64,000 bases of DNA from Macrostomum lignano. Its lineage: Eukaryota. The first letter of the stretch is position 1. Each line of letters starts with the position of its first letter. This document shows, one piece after another, positions 50,212 through 64,000 of the stretch. The notes under the pieces are model-generated. The model made no database searches, was not told the origin of the DNA, and worked only from the letters and a program-made list of their open reading frames with translations. The position numbers and the translations under genes were made by a program. The stretch covers positions 62,001 through 126,000 of the forward strand of contig NIVC01002379.1 of NCBI GenBank assembly GCA_002269645.1, in the 5' to 3' direction.

Positions 50212-53098
50212 ATGCTGGTAGTAAGAGTGTTAAATCTCTCCAGTGCTCGACTGGTCAGTAGGCAACGCAATAGGAATTTTCTGAGCAGCTATGTATTCGG
50301 CACCACACGCGAGCCGCTTCGAGCTGATACAATCGGCCAAGCGTTGAACGCAGCTAGCCACAGGCAGCCAGATCAAAAAGCGTTCACATTGTGCTTCGGT
50401 AGTGAAACCGTAGGTAATTCGGTTCCGCGGATTGTACGCTCGATCGGTCAGCTTCGGACTGACGTTGACCGACTGGCGGCTGGACTGCTGGCGGCAGGCT
50501 TGGAGCCTGGCGATCGAATCGGCGTCTGGGACCCAACAGCCTGCAGTGGCTCACAACTCAGTTCGCGGCCGCCAAAGCTGGCCTCGTTCTGGTGCCCATG
50601 AACCCTGCCTATCGGGCTGACGAACTCCGTTACTGTGCAAACCGCGTCGGACTTCGGGCGCTAGTTTATTCGGCAAAGTTCAAGTCGTCGGACTACAATA
50701 GAATGCTAGATTTATGGCCACACTTGGGCACAACGCAAAAAAGCTGCCTGGCGAGTGAAGTACTTTTGGTTGACTCGGGGTGGCCTGGTAGGTCTTTGAA
50801 TCCCACCGCTGCCACCAGTGAAGTACTTATGGTTGTCTCGGGGTTGTCTCGCGCAGTGATTTGGGCTCTCCATCCTCTCAACCGGAAGCCTTCTATTACA
50901 TGTAGCTCTTAGTAGCGTAGGTAGTGCTGCCACCAGTTCCTTCAGGTCTCGGCCTTCGATGAGGTGAGCTTCCCGTCGGAACGAAATAACGAAGTCAACG
51001 AACACAGCACCGGGTGCAGATTTGCAGCTCAACGTATCAGGCGTCTCGTCAGCAGCACCTGCCGGGCTTGGTTGGTACAGGGGGGGGGGGGGCTGAGTTA
51101 GCCTCTCGTAGGCTTGAGGTTGGGCTTTAGTGGGGTCTCAGTCAGACCAGTACAAGCAGATTCAGTGTACGCAAAGGGCATAGTTCAGTCAATAATGCAC
51201 ACGGGATCTTAGAAGTTTAGAAGCACGCAAAGACTCCTTGACGGAAACAAGGGGGAGAGGGGTCCTATTTATAGCCGGGATTCTCCGCGCACAAGACCTC
51301 GTGACTTGTTCTATTTTTAGAACTGACGTCACGAGGTCTCGGGGCAGGGTCCCTGTGCGCGCAAGACCTCGTGACAAGTGACTCGTTCTAATTTTAGAAC
51401 TGACGTCACTTAAGGTCTCCGGCCAGAGTACACGCGGCTGTGACTCAGTTGCTATTTTTAGCAACATGAGTCACTCCTCTCCTTAGAGAAGGGAGGGATC
51501 CGAAAGCACGTGATTCTCCCGGTAAACAGGACCAGCGAGTGCAGTAAACATGTTTACTGCACTTTAAGACTCCAAGAACGCAAGATCTGTCATGTGACTT
51601 GCTCACAAGACAGAGGAAAACGGGACGGGAACGAAACAGAGACAGCCTACAGCAGAGAAGCTGAATGCTGAGAACAGAGACGCAGAAGGGCAGAATAGGC
51701 CAAGGGCAGCAACAGACGGGCCAGGGGGGCGGGAAGCTGACCAGCGGCAGACAGCAACCCAGGGCAAGGGCGAGGGAGACTGCTGACAAAGGGGAACGCC
51801 AAAAACAAAACCAGCGGCTCACTACACTAGGGGTTCAATGCCAACACTCAGCCACCTGATTGCCATGGACGATATCAATCGGCCAGGTGTCTTTGGATTC
51901 AATGAGATCTGTCCTGTCGGAGAAAATAGCGATGCACTCGACAGAACTGCTCGAATCGAGGTTCGAGTTCAAATGGATGACATTGCATGCATTTTATTCA
52001 CGTCTGGAACTACCGGAAGTCCGAAAGGGGCCGCGCTGACGCATCACAGCATACTCAACAATGCTCACTTCGCTGGGATTAATGCTGGTTTCGATGGATT
52101 CAGGCAGCGCATCTGTCTGCCGGTACCATTCTATCACTGCTTCGGCATGGCTATGGGCAATCTGCAGGTGCTGCTCCACTCTGCCAGCTTAGTCTATCCG
52201 GCACCGAGCTTCGACCCTGTGGCAACAATCGATGCAATAGAAACTGAGCGCTGCACAGCCGTCTACTGTACACCAACCATGCTGATCGATCTGCTAGAGC
52301 AGCCAGGTGTCGCTTCAAGGAATCTTTGCAGCCTGAGTGGTGGAATCATCGGGGGAGCGTCCTGTCCGCCGGAAATCATCAGACGAGCAATTTCGGAGCT
52401 CGGCATGTCCCGCGTGACAATGGGCTACGGAGCTACAGAACCGAGCCCGATTATTTTCCATTGCCGTTGGGATGACAGCCAGGAGAAGCAACAGAGTTTG
52501 GTTGGTCGGGTTGCGCCCCACGTGGAGGTAAAGATTGTTAACGCCGAAGGTCTTCTAGTGCCTAGAGGCCAGCTGGGCGAGATCTGCACCAGAGGCTACC
52601 TACTCATGCGAGGCTACCATAACCAACCAGAAGCAACGGGTGAAGTGATCGGGCCCGACCGGTGGTACAAGACTGGCGATCTCGGCTTTATCGATGAAGA
52701 CGGATACGGCTATGTCAAGGGACGCATCAAGGACATGGTTATTAGGCGGCGAGAAAATCTATCCAGCTGAGGTTGAAAACCTCCTGCACACTCATCCTTG
52801 TGTGTCGGAAGCTCAGGTTGTCGGCGTCCCGGATCCTCGTATGGGAGAGGAACTTTGCGCAGTGGTGCGTCTGAAGACCCCAGTGAGCGCCGAGGATTTG
52901 AGGGCCTACGTACGATGCCGAATTGCCCATTTTAAGGTACCGCGTTACGCAATTTTCAGAGACCACGAAATGCCCATGACGGTTACAGGCAAGGTGCAGA
53001 AGTTCAAGCTGCGTGAGGAAGTTGTCAAAGAACTTAAACTTGAATTTTTTAAAATGACTTTTAGAGGATGTATTTTAATTATAAAGAGAAAAGCATAA
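50212..53098 (+). pseudogene. ACSF2: ACSF2-like acyl-CoA synthetase, intron-poor, with two frameshifts (about 50531 and 52746) and a roughly 1.1-kb insertion
   Basis: GDRIGVW-GPN, NPAYR, FTSGTTGSPKG, YGATE, GEICTRGY, WYKTGDLG, GRIKDM..RGGE.IYP.EVE and TVTGKVQKF are spread over four pieces. Confidence 0.8.
50750..51826 (-). mobile_element. LTR-retrotransposon fragment (LTR plus start of the internal region) inserted antisense in the ACSF2-like gene; left boundary uncertain
   Basis: The minus strand starts TGTAG at 51826 and has duplicated enhancer-like blocks, TATAAATAG at about 51275, a TGG-starting PBS-like site at about 51149, then an open frame. Confidence 0.5.
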
Positions 53099-54048
53099 TA
53101 AGCCATATTTTTTTATGAATAATATATGCGTCCATAATTCGTACTACTCTTAGCTATACACTGAAAAAAATGGAGGACAGCAAAATTGAATAAAAAACGT
53201 TTTTATTCTGAATATGTAACAAAACCATGCCGCTCATGGTTATTAAATATTTATTTGCTCGACTTCGGCATGAGCAGACGTTTGAGTGCAACTTCTCAAG
53301 CAAATAAAGCATGGTTCCTTGCATCTAGAGTAAAGTCAGCACGTCTTCTGGGGCAGACACTTCAATTCCCAAAGCCTTCTTCTCGTATTTGATTGGGCCT
53401 CGATCTATTTAGATTGATTCAAAATCTCGCGAAGCCCGAAATTTGCATTCATCAGAAAGAGCATGCTTAAGCATAGATGAAATCATGGATAATCTGCAAC
53501 AACTGGAGCCCTGCATAAATTGGCCCCTAATCTGCATAGGTTTTGCAGAAACTATAAATAGCTACCCGGAAGCATTCATACTGTCTATACTTCCCTTCTT
53601 CATCAACAAATTCCAAGTGCAATTGCTCAAAACTACGAAACTACGAATAGCAATACCAACGACATATGACTAAGAATGATAGTAAATAAGCTTCTGCACT
53701 TTTAGAGCGCAACAGTAGGTAAATAAATGCAATAAAAACCAACTATCCAACAGTTTCGGAAGCATTAATACAAAGCCAAAAGAAATTAGACGCATTGCAC
53801 TTAACCAGAAAGATTACTTAGAATTTGTCAGTTCTTCGCTCTCGCTACTGCAACGCGGTAAACGTACTTTTCAATCAGATGGCTTGTTCACATCGACATC
53901 AAATGAGGCGAAATTTCGAGTGATGGCGCGACTTGCATTTTCATTCTTTATTACTCTGAACATTAGTCGTGCGAGTTGACGGCTCATTTGACGGCAGTGT
54001 AAATGAGTCTTTAAAGACTGCGAAAAAACGTAGCTGCATACCCGAGCT

Positions 54049-55534
54049 TCAGCAGTAGGGATAGCCAGTCAGTGCCGCTTTGTCCCCGGTGTACGCAAGT
54101 CGACTCTGTCGTTGCAGCTCATTAATACCGGCGTCTCCAAGCCGCCGACAGTCCATGGGACCGATGCTGAACGCTGGTGACCAGCGGTTAGCCAGAAACG
54201 TGAAGTCGTTCCCGGAGGCGGCGGCGGCATCGCCTCGTTCAAGCGCCCGACAGCGTCTCCGGATGAACTTGCTGAGACTGCGGAACACGCGAAGCTCTGT
54301 ACGAAATGAGGGACCTTCTTGGGCCACGCGTCTCCAGAAGCTGGCGTTGGCTGCCTGGTAGAGTTTGTAGTCAACGGGACTCCAGGCCTGGTGAACTCGC
54401 ATTAAGTCGGGACGTTGGGCAGCCATCATGCGGGGATAGCGACCAATATTTCGCGACACAAATAAAATGTCCTTGAAACTCCAGTTCATCAGGCGTTTCA
54501 AAAGCACAAGCGAATGCATGAAATAATCTGTGATGAGGATCAGATCGAAATCGGCTATGATGCTGGCAACAAATTTATCAGCATCTTGGCCTTCAACGTA
54601 ACCAAGGATGCGTGACATTGTATTCTTAGTCAGGCTATAGTTGTCCGGCACGCAGTAGCGCTTTGCAGCCCGGCGTGGTGATTGGTACTCTCTGTCGTAG
54701 CGCGGCAGGTCGCTCAGGTACGTCTCAAAAGCATCTGGCCGCCCACCTAGCCCTGTTAGGTGTTAGGAATATTTATTTGTATGGCTGGAAGATTATTTGT
54801 TAATCAAATAAATATATCAAACCTGATATCTCCGCCATATTGTAATAGGCAAACAGGGATTGAAGCTGCCGGAATGGCTCCCTCAGGCTAGTGATGTACA
54901 CACAGGGCTTGGCCATGAGGCCATCGAGGAAGGTGCGGTTGTACACGCACTGGTCCAGCAGTACGCTAGGATGGGAGACACCCGAAGGCAGAACGATGTA
55001 CTCCTGACGCAGAGGGTTCGGCCAGCCCAAATAGATTTTTTTGGGCAGCGGCATTGCGAAGCTGAGATGCCGAGACAGCCCGAATCTGCGCAGCATCGAA
55101 GTAATCGTTTCGCTAGCCGACTTAATCACCTTCAAGTAGACGAAGCTCTGCCGTTCTACACCTCGCCGGCGTTTGTTTTTTGAGCCTTCAACGTCGCCGG
55201 CAGCATCGTCTTCCTCGGAGTCCGGCAGCAGCAGCGGGGGCGGGGGCGGCCGTGGCTGTAGCTGCGCTCTGAGTGCCGCACCGAGGAACCGCCACATGCG
55301 GCTACCAACACTGTTACCGCCGCCGTTGTTGTGGTCGACAGCGTCGTGAACTTCACCATAACCGTGCGCTGAATCGTCTGGCTGGTTGCCAAACCAAGTG
55401 GCTGCGGTGGCTAGCAGCCATAGGCCGGCCAGCAGAAGGAGGCTGCGGATGGCGAGCCGTTTTACGGCGGCCGGATGAACGCAGCAGCGCATGTTGAGAC
55501 GGCCTGAACGCAGGACGTCTGTGGATGGATACAT
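54049..55534 (-). CDS. Galactose-3-O-sulfotransferase family type II membrane protein, exons 55534-54823 and 54752-54049
   Basis: N-terminal TM; 5'-PSB-like VYLKVIKSASET; 3'-PB-like ITSLREP...SLFAYY; FDLILITDYFMHSLVLLKRLMNW; W..VDYKLY..AN..FW; 70-nt GT-AG intron. Confidence 0.88.
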
Positions 55535-56463
55535 GCGATTTCCTTGCTCAAACCCATATAAGAACTTTCAGTCTGTAACCTTAGATTTAGAATTCAGTCA
55601 TTAAAACAAATGTTTTATAGAGTCAATAAGCAGACCTAGTTTCACTTCAAAGTGCTATGCTATATAAAGTATGTGGAGCCGTTTCTCTTCGAGAAATCTA
55701 TTGTTATTGTTGTGCACCTCAGGTAAGCCTAAAACAGACTACTGCACGAACTCTACATGGACAATATATGCAAGCATTGGCAGGCACCTATTGGTTTTAG
55801 TCCCGAATCAAACTTCATTGGATAACTTGTCGGGAACCTTGCCGACGTATAAAATATGTAGCCTTGAAATATGACTTATAATGGTGATTAACTGAGCTAG
55901 GACTAGTAAAATATTCGAGGGTTCAATCAGATTCAACAAGTCACGTAGTAATAGCCCATAAATCAAGCGACCAATATCATTCTGTTACTAGCACTTCTGA
56001 GCACTTACCGAGATCGACGCACAAAAATTTACACGCATAAATCAACGAGCCTGTGCCTATTTAGCAAGCTATAGCAAAATATGCTGCTCCTGCTGTTTAG
56101 TCTTTGCATTCCATAAAGTCAAACCGCTGAATCTGTCCGCGCTTAATCTAGTTGAGAGTGGTAGCCTGCCACACACGCACACGTGGCTCCTTACGTATGC
56201 TACGCACGTACGTACTACGTGCCTATTTGTGGGCGGGTGTGTATGACTACTCCAAGCTTCTCTGGTCCTGCAAGTACTCCAGCTCAATAGTGTACTTCGA
56301 AGTACACTCCAGGCATTGTCCGGACAGGAGAGAAATTTGAGCTCACCATACTGTACACTGAGGTCAATACGTTGCAGAATGTAGTGAATACTTGAGTATA
56401 GGGAGTGAACGGGCTTTTAACAGCGTCGGATTGCACGCTAGTTTTGTTTCTTTCGCTTTGATT

Positions 56464-56579
<116 letters not shown>

Positions 56580-58839
56580 CTCCTCAGTGGCTTTCTAATT
56601 CTATGATCTGTGCTGACGTGTTGATACGAGCGTGTTAATACATAATCCTCATCCTCTATCCATTTAATAAATTATATTGTTGTGGCAGTCGCACAAATGA
56701 CCAAATCCTTCAATTGAATTAATAATTTATTTTGTAGCCGAAATCGACATTCAGTGAAGCTTGAATTTGAATGGTGCATTGGCACTGCAATAAGGCATTG
56801 CTAGAGGCATCACTGTTTCATTCCCATGAAGCAATCATTTCATCATTGACGGTCCGTCGGGTGCTCCAGAGCAACAAGCCTTGACAAGAGAGCTCTTCAC
56901 AGATGCCTCTTGTCTCTCTGTATGTCTCTTAGACTGTACAGGGGTAAATTGACATAAAGTACAATTTTTTCAGCTTAAACAGGCACTAAAGCAGCCTTAG
57001 GAGATTCGGGACAGAGGGCGGAAGAAATGAAAAGGCGTGTAGGGATGGGCCAGCTGAGGCCGGGCGACTCTCCGCTTGCTGGCTTCAGTTTCTCTGACTT
57101 CGCTGCGGAGAAGCTGGAGAACCTATGCCTGCACACAGGCGCAAATCACCATCGGTAACAAGCGGCAAATAATAATTGGCCAGCGGACAGGAAACTGTAC
57201 CGCTAATGGAGATGAACCGTCTCGCTCTCTCCGATGTCTTTTTCCTGAGGGAGGGGGGGGGTAAACCTAGGGAAGCGGTGGCAATATCGATTGGGACCTC
57301 CGGCGAAGCGATAATATAGTTAGAAACAGTTAGAAAGAGAAGCGCGATAGTTCTTAGCTAACCTGTGCTATTTTGGCTGTGGAGACGCGGAAACTTTAAA
57401 GTTGCTATGCGGCTGTTTTGAATTCGATAATATAGATCATGTAGAAATGTGCAGCTTAGGCTACTGGTGCACTTTAGAAAGGTAATTTTACGTCAAAATA
57501 CAGGCTTTTTTGGTTTGGTGTGCTTCTATCTCCTGTGAGTAAGTTCTACTTACTTACTTGACTCAGCTGCAGGGGTTCCGGGCAACCGGATACAGCGGGG
57601 AGGCGTCGCCCCCCATTTCGCTAACCCTCTGGCAATGTGAGTAAGATATTCGCTAATTACCTTAATCCTTATCTCAGGTGGCACGACATAGTAAAAAGAT
57701 GCTGATTGTTGTCTCAAAAATACAACGCCTGTATCGGTCTATGGGATACTGAAAAGCAGCAAAGCGTCTGCATGGTCGTGTCCTATTCGACGAAGATACA
57801 AAAACACTTTGGGATTAAAAATCATTTATTTTTTGCCTGTCTCAGGTGCTCATAGCAGCCCAGGCTTAAGATCCTGGGTAAGCGGCTTATGCACATCGGT
57901 AGCTCAATCTCTTGATTGCCCGAACGTGCTTAAGTACAGAATTAGCACCTTTAAATCCTGTCCCGTTAGCCTCTTTTTGCTCGCTATTGGGTTGACACAA
58001 CTAAGGCTTGAATACATCAAAGAAACGAAAAACATCTCTATAAAGCCTATGCTTATAGCAGCCAATGAGAGCCGCGCAAAGTCAGATAGGATATAAATCC
58101 GGGTCCTTTGCTGTTCCTGTGAACACTGACAGCAGAAAGGCTCTGTAGCGATCCCAACAGACGTAAGCTCGTAAGATCTACAGAATGATTCCTCCTCTTT
58201 GTAACCATTAGTCTCTGCGTCCAAATGGGTCTCTGCCTGGGCGCCTGTTGGCACGGGAAATCCGATCGACAGTCTCGGGCTGATGACGGAGGCTGCTGCA
58301 GCGATGCAAAGCTGCGACAATTTCGTCAACTGGAACCGGTTTCGCCAGGACTCACAGCCGATGAGAAGAGTATCGGGTAAGCATCAGCATCCTGGAGTTG
58401 ATCAAATTAACTCTCACTAGCTACGGCGGCTCATGCCATATCTAGTATGGTTCCATTCAGTTGGGAACCCGATTTGTAGATGCTAAATAGGATTCCAATG
58501 GCTGTTTTTCAGCTCTCGAGAGTTAAGTACATGTATGAACACAGCATTAAAAGCAGTGCATTATCGTCCGCTTCTCTGAACCCCCATTTACCTCTTATAG
58601 ACTGCAAGTAAGTATCATAAATTTTAAATGAAGCCCTTAGTAAAAGGCTAAACACTTCTGTGTTGCTGGCTGCCTTTCCCTGTTCTAAACTGCCTACACT
58701 CGAATTATGCGTTTCAAATACCATCTGTACACTGAAAATAGTAAACTAGCAATCACTTATATGCATGCTACTCTATATGAATGGTTTCTCTAAACATAGA
58801 TCTCCCCAAAACGGCTGGGAGCTAACGGAATATAAATGA

Positions 58840-59110
58840 AAAGGTTAGGGACTAAAGAACTCCATGAGGATGCTATAGGGACTATAGAACTCGATGAGAA
58901 AGAAGGTTAGGGACTAAAGAACTCCATGAGAAGACTATGATGACTAAAAAACTTCATGAGAAGGTTATAGGGACTATAGAACTCGATGAGAAAACTAAGT
59001 AGGGACTAGCAAACTTGATGAGAAAGAAGGTTAGGGACTAAAGAACTCCACGAGAAGGCTATGGGGAATATAGAACTTCATCAGAAGATTATAGGGACTT
59101 TAAAACTCGA
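58840..59110. repeat. Degenerate tandem repeat (AGGGACTAAAGAACTCCATGAGAA-like)
   Basis: Visible diverged units. Confidence 0.75.
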
Positions 59111-60024
59111 TGGGCATAGTTAATTCATTGTGCTTTAATATCCGTACAATTTATTTTAGTACCTTTAAACAGTGCCTATTGTGCAGTCAATGATAGTAGT
59201 ACATGAATACAAGCTAACAATCAGATACTTTTCCTGTCAACAATGGAACTATTTAATAAACGATCAAATTAACAAACATCAATAACAGTTTTGTACTCTC
59301 ATTAACAGGTCAACGCTAGTCGAGCAGTCAGCAATGCAATTGAGGCAACTGCAGCGACCCTCCAGCAGTGACGATGCTTCAAGGAAGCTGCAAAAACGGA
59401 CGATGCTCTACGGCCTGAGGTCGATGCGTCCAGTTGACGAAGAGCCCGACGAGCAATTGAAATAGAAGGATGCTACGGTTTACGCTTCAAAATGCTGTCG
59501 GTAGACTGAACTGTCTCAGATCTGACCTTCTGAACTTTCAATTTGCAAATTAAGCGAGTGCTTGGTTTCTTAGATGCTGATGCACATGCTTTCTGCTATT
59601 TTTGGCCTGTTCCAGAGAATTTTCGATTGTCAAACACGTACCACCCAACAACCAAACGGTCGTTGAGACTTCTAGCTCAAAGTCATTTAAATCACCAATC
59701 TCAAATATTTTTGCTTAAATTAGTCATCTATACTGGCTGATCCCAAAGTAAGATTGGCATTCAGCTTTGAGTGCGTAAGTGTCTTAGCTAGGAGTTCTCG
59801 TACATAAGTTTTAGTCTTTTCTTGACGCACTTGTGGCAGGACAGTTTTGTACCAATCTCATTGTAATATTGGGAAGGTTTTTAGCCATAGAAAATTATTT
59901 ATTGTAAGCTCTTTTGTTTCTTTTTGTTAGAACTTGAAGAATTGGGGGACTAGAATAAAATTCAAACAGGTTGAATCACAACCACGTCCATCCACACAGG
60001 CTACGAGCGTTTATTATGACAAGG

Positions 60025-60150
60025 GGGTTGTAGCCTAATGGGTGGAGCGTCGGACTTACGACTGAAAGGTCGGGAGTTCGATTTTGGACCCAGTGGCCTT
60101 GAATTTGTGGCCTTGAGCAAGACACTTAACTCTGCATTGCTTCAGTTCGC
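60025..60150 (+). mobile_element. tRNA-derived SINE with a conserved central motif
   Basis: A-box-like TAGCCTAATGGG, B-box-like GAGTTCGATT, then CCTTGAGCAAGACACTTAAC, which resembles the V/Meta-SINE core. Confidence 0.6.
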
Positions 60151-62635
60151 CCAGCTTGGAAAAGTAATTTCTAAAGCTTCATTTTTAGCTAATTGATTTT
60201 GCGCTTCAACAGTAATCAAGAATCGATGGCTGGAACAACCGGCAATTAAAAAGGACAATTTTCTGATGTCGAAAAATTACGACCCCTCTAGCATTATAAG
60301 AAAGTGTTTCAAGTATTGATACGCAAGCTCACGAATCGGCACGATAAAAAGGTACTTGTTTTCATGGTTTCTTTTCCATCTGCAAAGACTGCTTGATGGA
60401 TAACCCATAGGCCGTTAACTCATCTGCTTCGATTGTCGTCTCAATAGCCAGATGAAAGTGTCCGCTTCAGAGACCTAATCGGCATGCCTTCTGATTCATG
60501 AAACCAGCTTTCAGTGAAAGCCTTAGCTTCTTCAGCTATCCAAAAGTTTTTATTCTATTCTATTCATTTCTTTGTGCCGTCGCTTCCCTCCTTAAAATGT
60601 TCATTTCCGAGGTTTCACCGTTGTAGTGTCGTGTAGCAAAGCAATCCACGCAGTTTTATTGCATTGTAAGCCGTGCTGTAGGCCCTAATTGTTCGCATTT
60701 TCCTATCACGCTATCCCAACAACGGGTACACGCATGGCTCAGAAAAACGAGCCACTCGACAATCTGTTGCAAACGAAGCAAAGTATTAATTCCAATTTCT
60801 TCAATGTAGCAACTACACAGCGTAGACTCCGGATAGACTCGTAGAAACTCGCAGATTGTAGAAGTTCAGCTTGTATGCGAGTAAATAATGGTTAAGCAAT
60901 GTAGGTATAAATTGACTATGGTCGAAAAGTAGAAGCCTAGCCCGAAGATTTTGGGACCGTTTTGTCTTCAGATTAACATAAATACAAGTATTGACTCTCC
61001 ATGACAGCTCCGCACTCTGATCAGGCAGATTTTCTAACTCTTCAAAAATAACACCGAGAACTTTCTAAGCTACTTGTAGTAGGGCATCCTGGTTTTAATG
61101 GGCAATAAAGCCATATGATCTTTGGTAATAACTATATTGGATTTCTGCAACAAATGATTTGTAAGTATGCATCTTCAGTATGGATATAGTTAAAATTACT
61201 GGATTTTTGCTTGCAGATATCAAATTAAAGCTAAGTTAACTAAAGAATACTGCATAAAAAGTCTAGAAAACATAAATTATAAAAGTAAATTACTTCTCAA
61301 AGCAAAAAACATGGAGCACAATAAACAACACTATTCTGATCTGGGTGTTTCAAAACACGATCACGTGACAATTGTACACATGTGTGCGCAATGCTCAACA
61401 TCTTTGAATTTAGTATATTAGTTCGTCGAAGAAGGTAAGTTTTAAAAAAACGATTGGCTTTTTGCTAATAGAGACGAAGCAGATATGTACTTTTTATGAA
61501 AAACGAATGGAAGCACCCGAACAAAGCGTAAAATGATAATCTGACTCGCTGAATCGACTATATCAGATGGTCGATCTTAACCTGCATTTTTGCAATGATT
61601 TTAACTAAAAAGTGGCGCTAGTTTTCAAGGCTGGGAGTGACGAGGATGCGCAGCCAAAGAACTGGTTGAATCCGGAATATCCGGAATAAAAGGATCTTTT
61701 TTTCTAGACTTTTACTGCATGAAAGAATCGATTTCACTGTCCACTTAACTTGGGAAAATTGTGCTGAAATGAGGAAGCACGCGGGTATTCATGTCAGTCT
61801 GGGGCTGATGTTGGATTTATTACAAGGTTAAACATTAAACAGTTTCTTAATTTCAGTGGAATCTCCCTTACGTGTCTCCAGTCAAACGTGTATTCAGCTC
61901 GAAAATAACGCACACTGGACCTCACCGGTAGCTATTCTATTTAAATTCTATTGCTTCATTTCGAAATTTGATACCGCACGAGCAGCAGAAGTGAAAATGT
62001 GGGGGCGGGATAGAATTTGTGTTCGAAAAGAAAGCTATTTTCGTCTCGTCTGCTTTATATTGTGTCGCTCATGCTTCAGGTAATGTTCAACATGACACAA
62101 ATAACGTGTTACGAATAATTTTCTTGTCGAAAAGGGATGCACAAATTTATAACCATGTATCAATCGGTGAATCTGGGAAAACAGTTTCAGGTTAACCTCA
62201 GGTTATGACTTAAGTGCCGCCCTAAAGCTACATGTAAGGCTACCGGTAAATCTGGGATAAGTATGATGCCCACAGGGATTCTACCGGAACTGCAATTTGT
62301 GAGCCCAGACAAAGTAGGTAAAAAAGGAATCAATTGTTTAGAAGTCTTACTTAGAATAAAGTCTGCTGCATCATACGCTGGGGCCTTTTGTGCTATTCTT
62401 GGCGTGTTCCTTCCAGGCGGGCGTCCTGACAAAAAGCAAACTTCTACACGTGCTGCGGAGTGGATTGGAGCTTCCCTGAAAAAAATCAGTTTTGTTATTT
62501 TTGTGCCGATGCATGTTATTCAGCTGCAGTTGGCAGACCAGATCAAGTACGAGTGTATGAAGTTTGTTGTAAAAAACAGACTCTCAATAGATTTATAAAC
62601 ATTTTCCATTCAGTCTTCGTACTGAAGGCGGTTGC

Positions 62636-63057
62636 GTACTGAAGGCAGTGGCGTATTGAAGACAGTGGCTTTCTGAAGACAGTGGCGTATTGAAGACAGT
62701 GGCGTATTGAAGACAGCGGCTTTCTGAAGACAGTGGCGTATTGAAGACAGTGGCTTACTGAAGACAGTGGCTTACTGAAGACAGTGGCTTTCTGAAGACA
62801 GTGGCTTTCTGAAGACAGTGTGGCGTATTGAAGACAGTGGCTTTCTGAAGACAGTGGCTTTCTGAAGACAGTGGCTTTCTGAAGACAGTGTGGCGTATTG
62901 AAGACAGTGGCTTTCTGAAGACAGTGGCTTACTGAAGACAGTGGCTTTCTGAAGACAGTGTGGCGTATTGAAGACAGTGGCTTTCTGAAGACAGTGGCTT
63001 ACTGAAGACGGTGGCTTTCTGAAGACGGTGGCTTTCTGAAGACAGTGGCGTATTGAA
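62636..63057. repeat. Minisatellite, 17-19-bp unit TGAAGACAGTGGC(TTTC/GTAT)
   Basis: Visible tandem array. Confidence 0.9.
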
Positions 63058-64000
63058 GAGGGTGACATACATCGAAATCGCAACTGTCTATCTGGTAGGT
63101 GATGCTCCCATATTTTTGTGTCACACCAAATTATCAAGTACGCGCCTGATGACTAACTAAGGACTATGGTAGATAGCTAGACAATCAGATTTTCACGATC
63201 TTCTATTCCAGCTGGCGTTGATGATGCGTAGCCACTGAATCCCTGTCTACATTGGATATCAGCAGGCTACGGGTCCCTGATGCAGGCGCTATGCATAGAT
63301 TTTTCTCTGCCAGTCTCGGCATGAAATCAGATCTCTGGCCGTCTTCACGCTTCTGTGATTAGCACACCAGGTCGACTCGTCCTCCAGCTCTCTCACCCTC
63401 GTTCCCTCCGTGCCGCTGCAACTATGGAGCTCAAACTATTCTGATATTAACCATGCAAAGATCAATCAAAATGCTGGCATAGGCTAGTCAATGCAGGCCC
63501 AGTAAACAGCAACTTTTTTATCTTTTTCTGGATGTCGTAGCTTCATGCTTTGGCTTTGATTTGACCACAATGTGATCTAATTATTTCTTCAGGAGCTCAA
63601 TCAAGGCCTCTTCTCTAGGATCTATAGGACGAAAACAGGCTGAAATCAAAGATACCTTAGATAGCCGTATTGATACGAAATTTCGATTTCACGATTCCTG
63701 ATTCTATGCAGCTGATATATTTTAAAGCAAACTTTCCACGCATCGCATCCCGAAAATGCTCAAAAAACGATTTTTTTCGTGGTTCTTTGGAAACAGCGAG
63801 CATCGTATGCCATGAAAGGTTCGACATATCTTATAGTGTAGAGGGTGCTTTCTAACGGATTGAAGCTGCATAAGTATTGAAATAATTTCAAAAGCGAACT
63901 CTGATACTTATGGTAGTGAAGCTCCTGTCAGGAATTCGGGTCATTCATCACTTGCATGATATGAATAGGCTTGAGAAGGGTCGATCAGCTTTTGAGCTAC

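Noticed and set aside
57904-58329. 141-aa minus-strand ORF with a hydrophobic stretch
   Set aside because: No recognisable domain, an alternative start codon and no supported exon partners; it could be a host exon but cannot be supported.

Overview
Animal-like genomic DNA: GC-rich exons with GT-AG introns, most of them filled with tandem repeats. The style is reminiscent of a flatworm such as Macrostomum, but the species cannot be confirmed from the sequence. Host genes are a cyclic-nucleotide-gated channel alpha subunit (-), a zyxin/LPP-type LIM protein (+), a DEDDh RNA exonuclease (-), a PX-domain protein (-), a disrupted ACSF2-like acyl-CoA synthetase (+) and a galactose-3-O-sulfotransferase-like gene (-). 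The centre (28219-48718) is a complete, young 20.5-kb Polinton/Maverick (adintovirus-like) element. It has apparently identical 347-bp TIRs, a 6-bp TSD (GCTATC), pPolB, major and minor capsid proteins, packaging ATPase, adenain-like protease, a fibre-like protein and an integrase. The main finding is a 303-nt group I intron (IC1-like; P1-P10 can be paired by eye) inserted in the Ca2+-binding loop of a PLA2 domain that is fused in frame to the integrase. The intron appears to end in A rather than the near-universal omega-G. The element also has fold-back TIRs with an internal copy of the terminus, a spliceosomal intron, a nested RNase H-encoding LINE that splits a zinc-ribbon gene, and a restriction-like nuclease beside the intron. 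Outside it are a deleted LTR element whose PBS is a 53-nt copy of mature tRNA-Ser, and a 28S rRNA-like fragment altered at the R2 target site.
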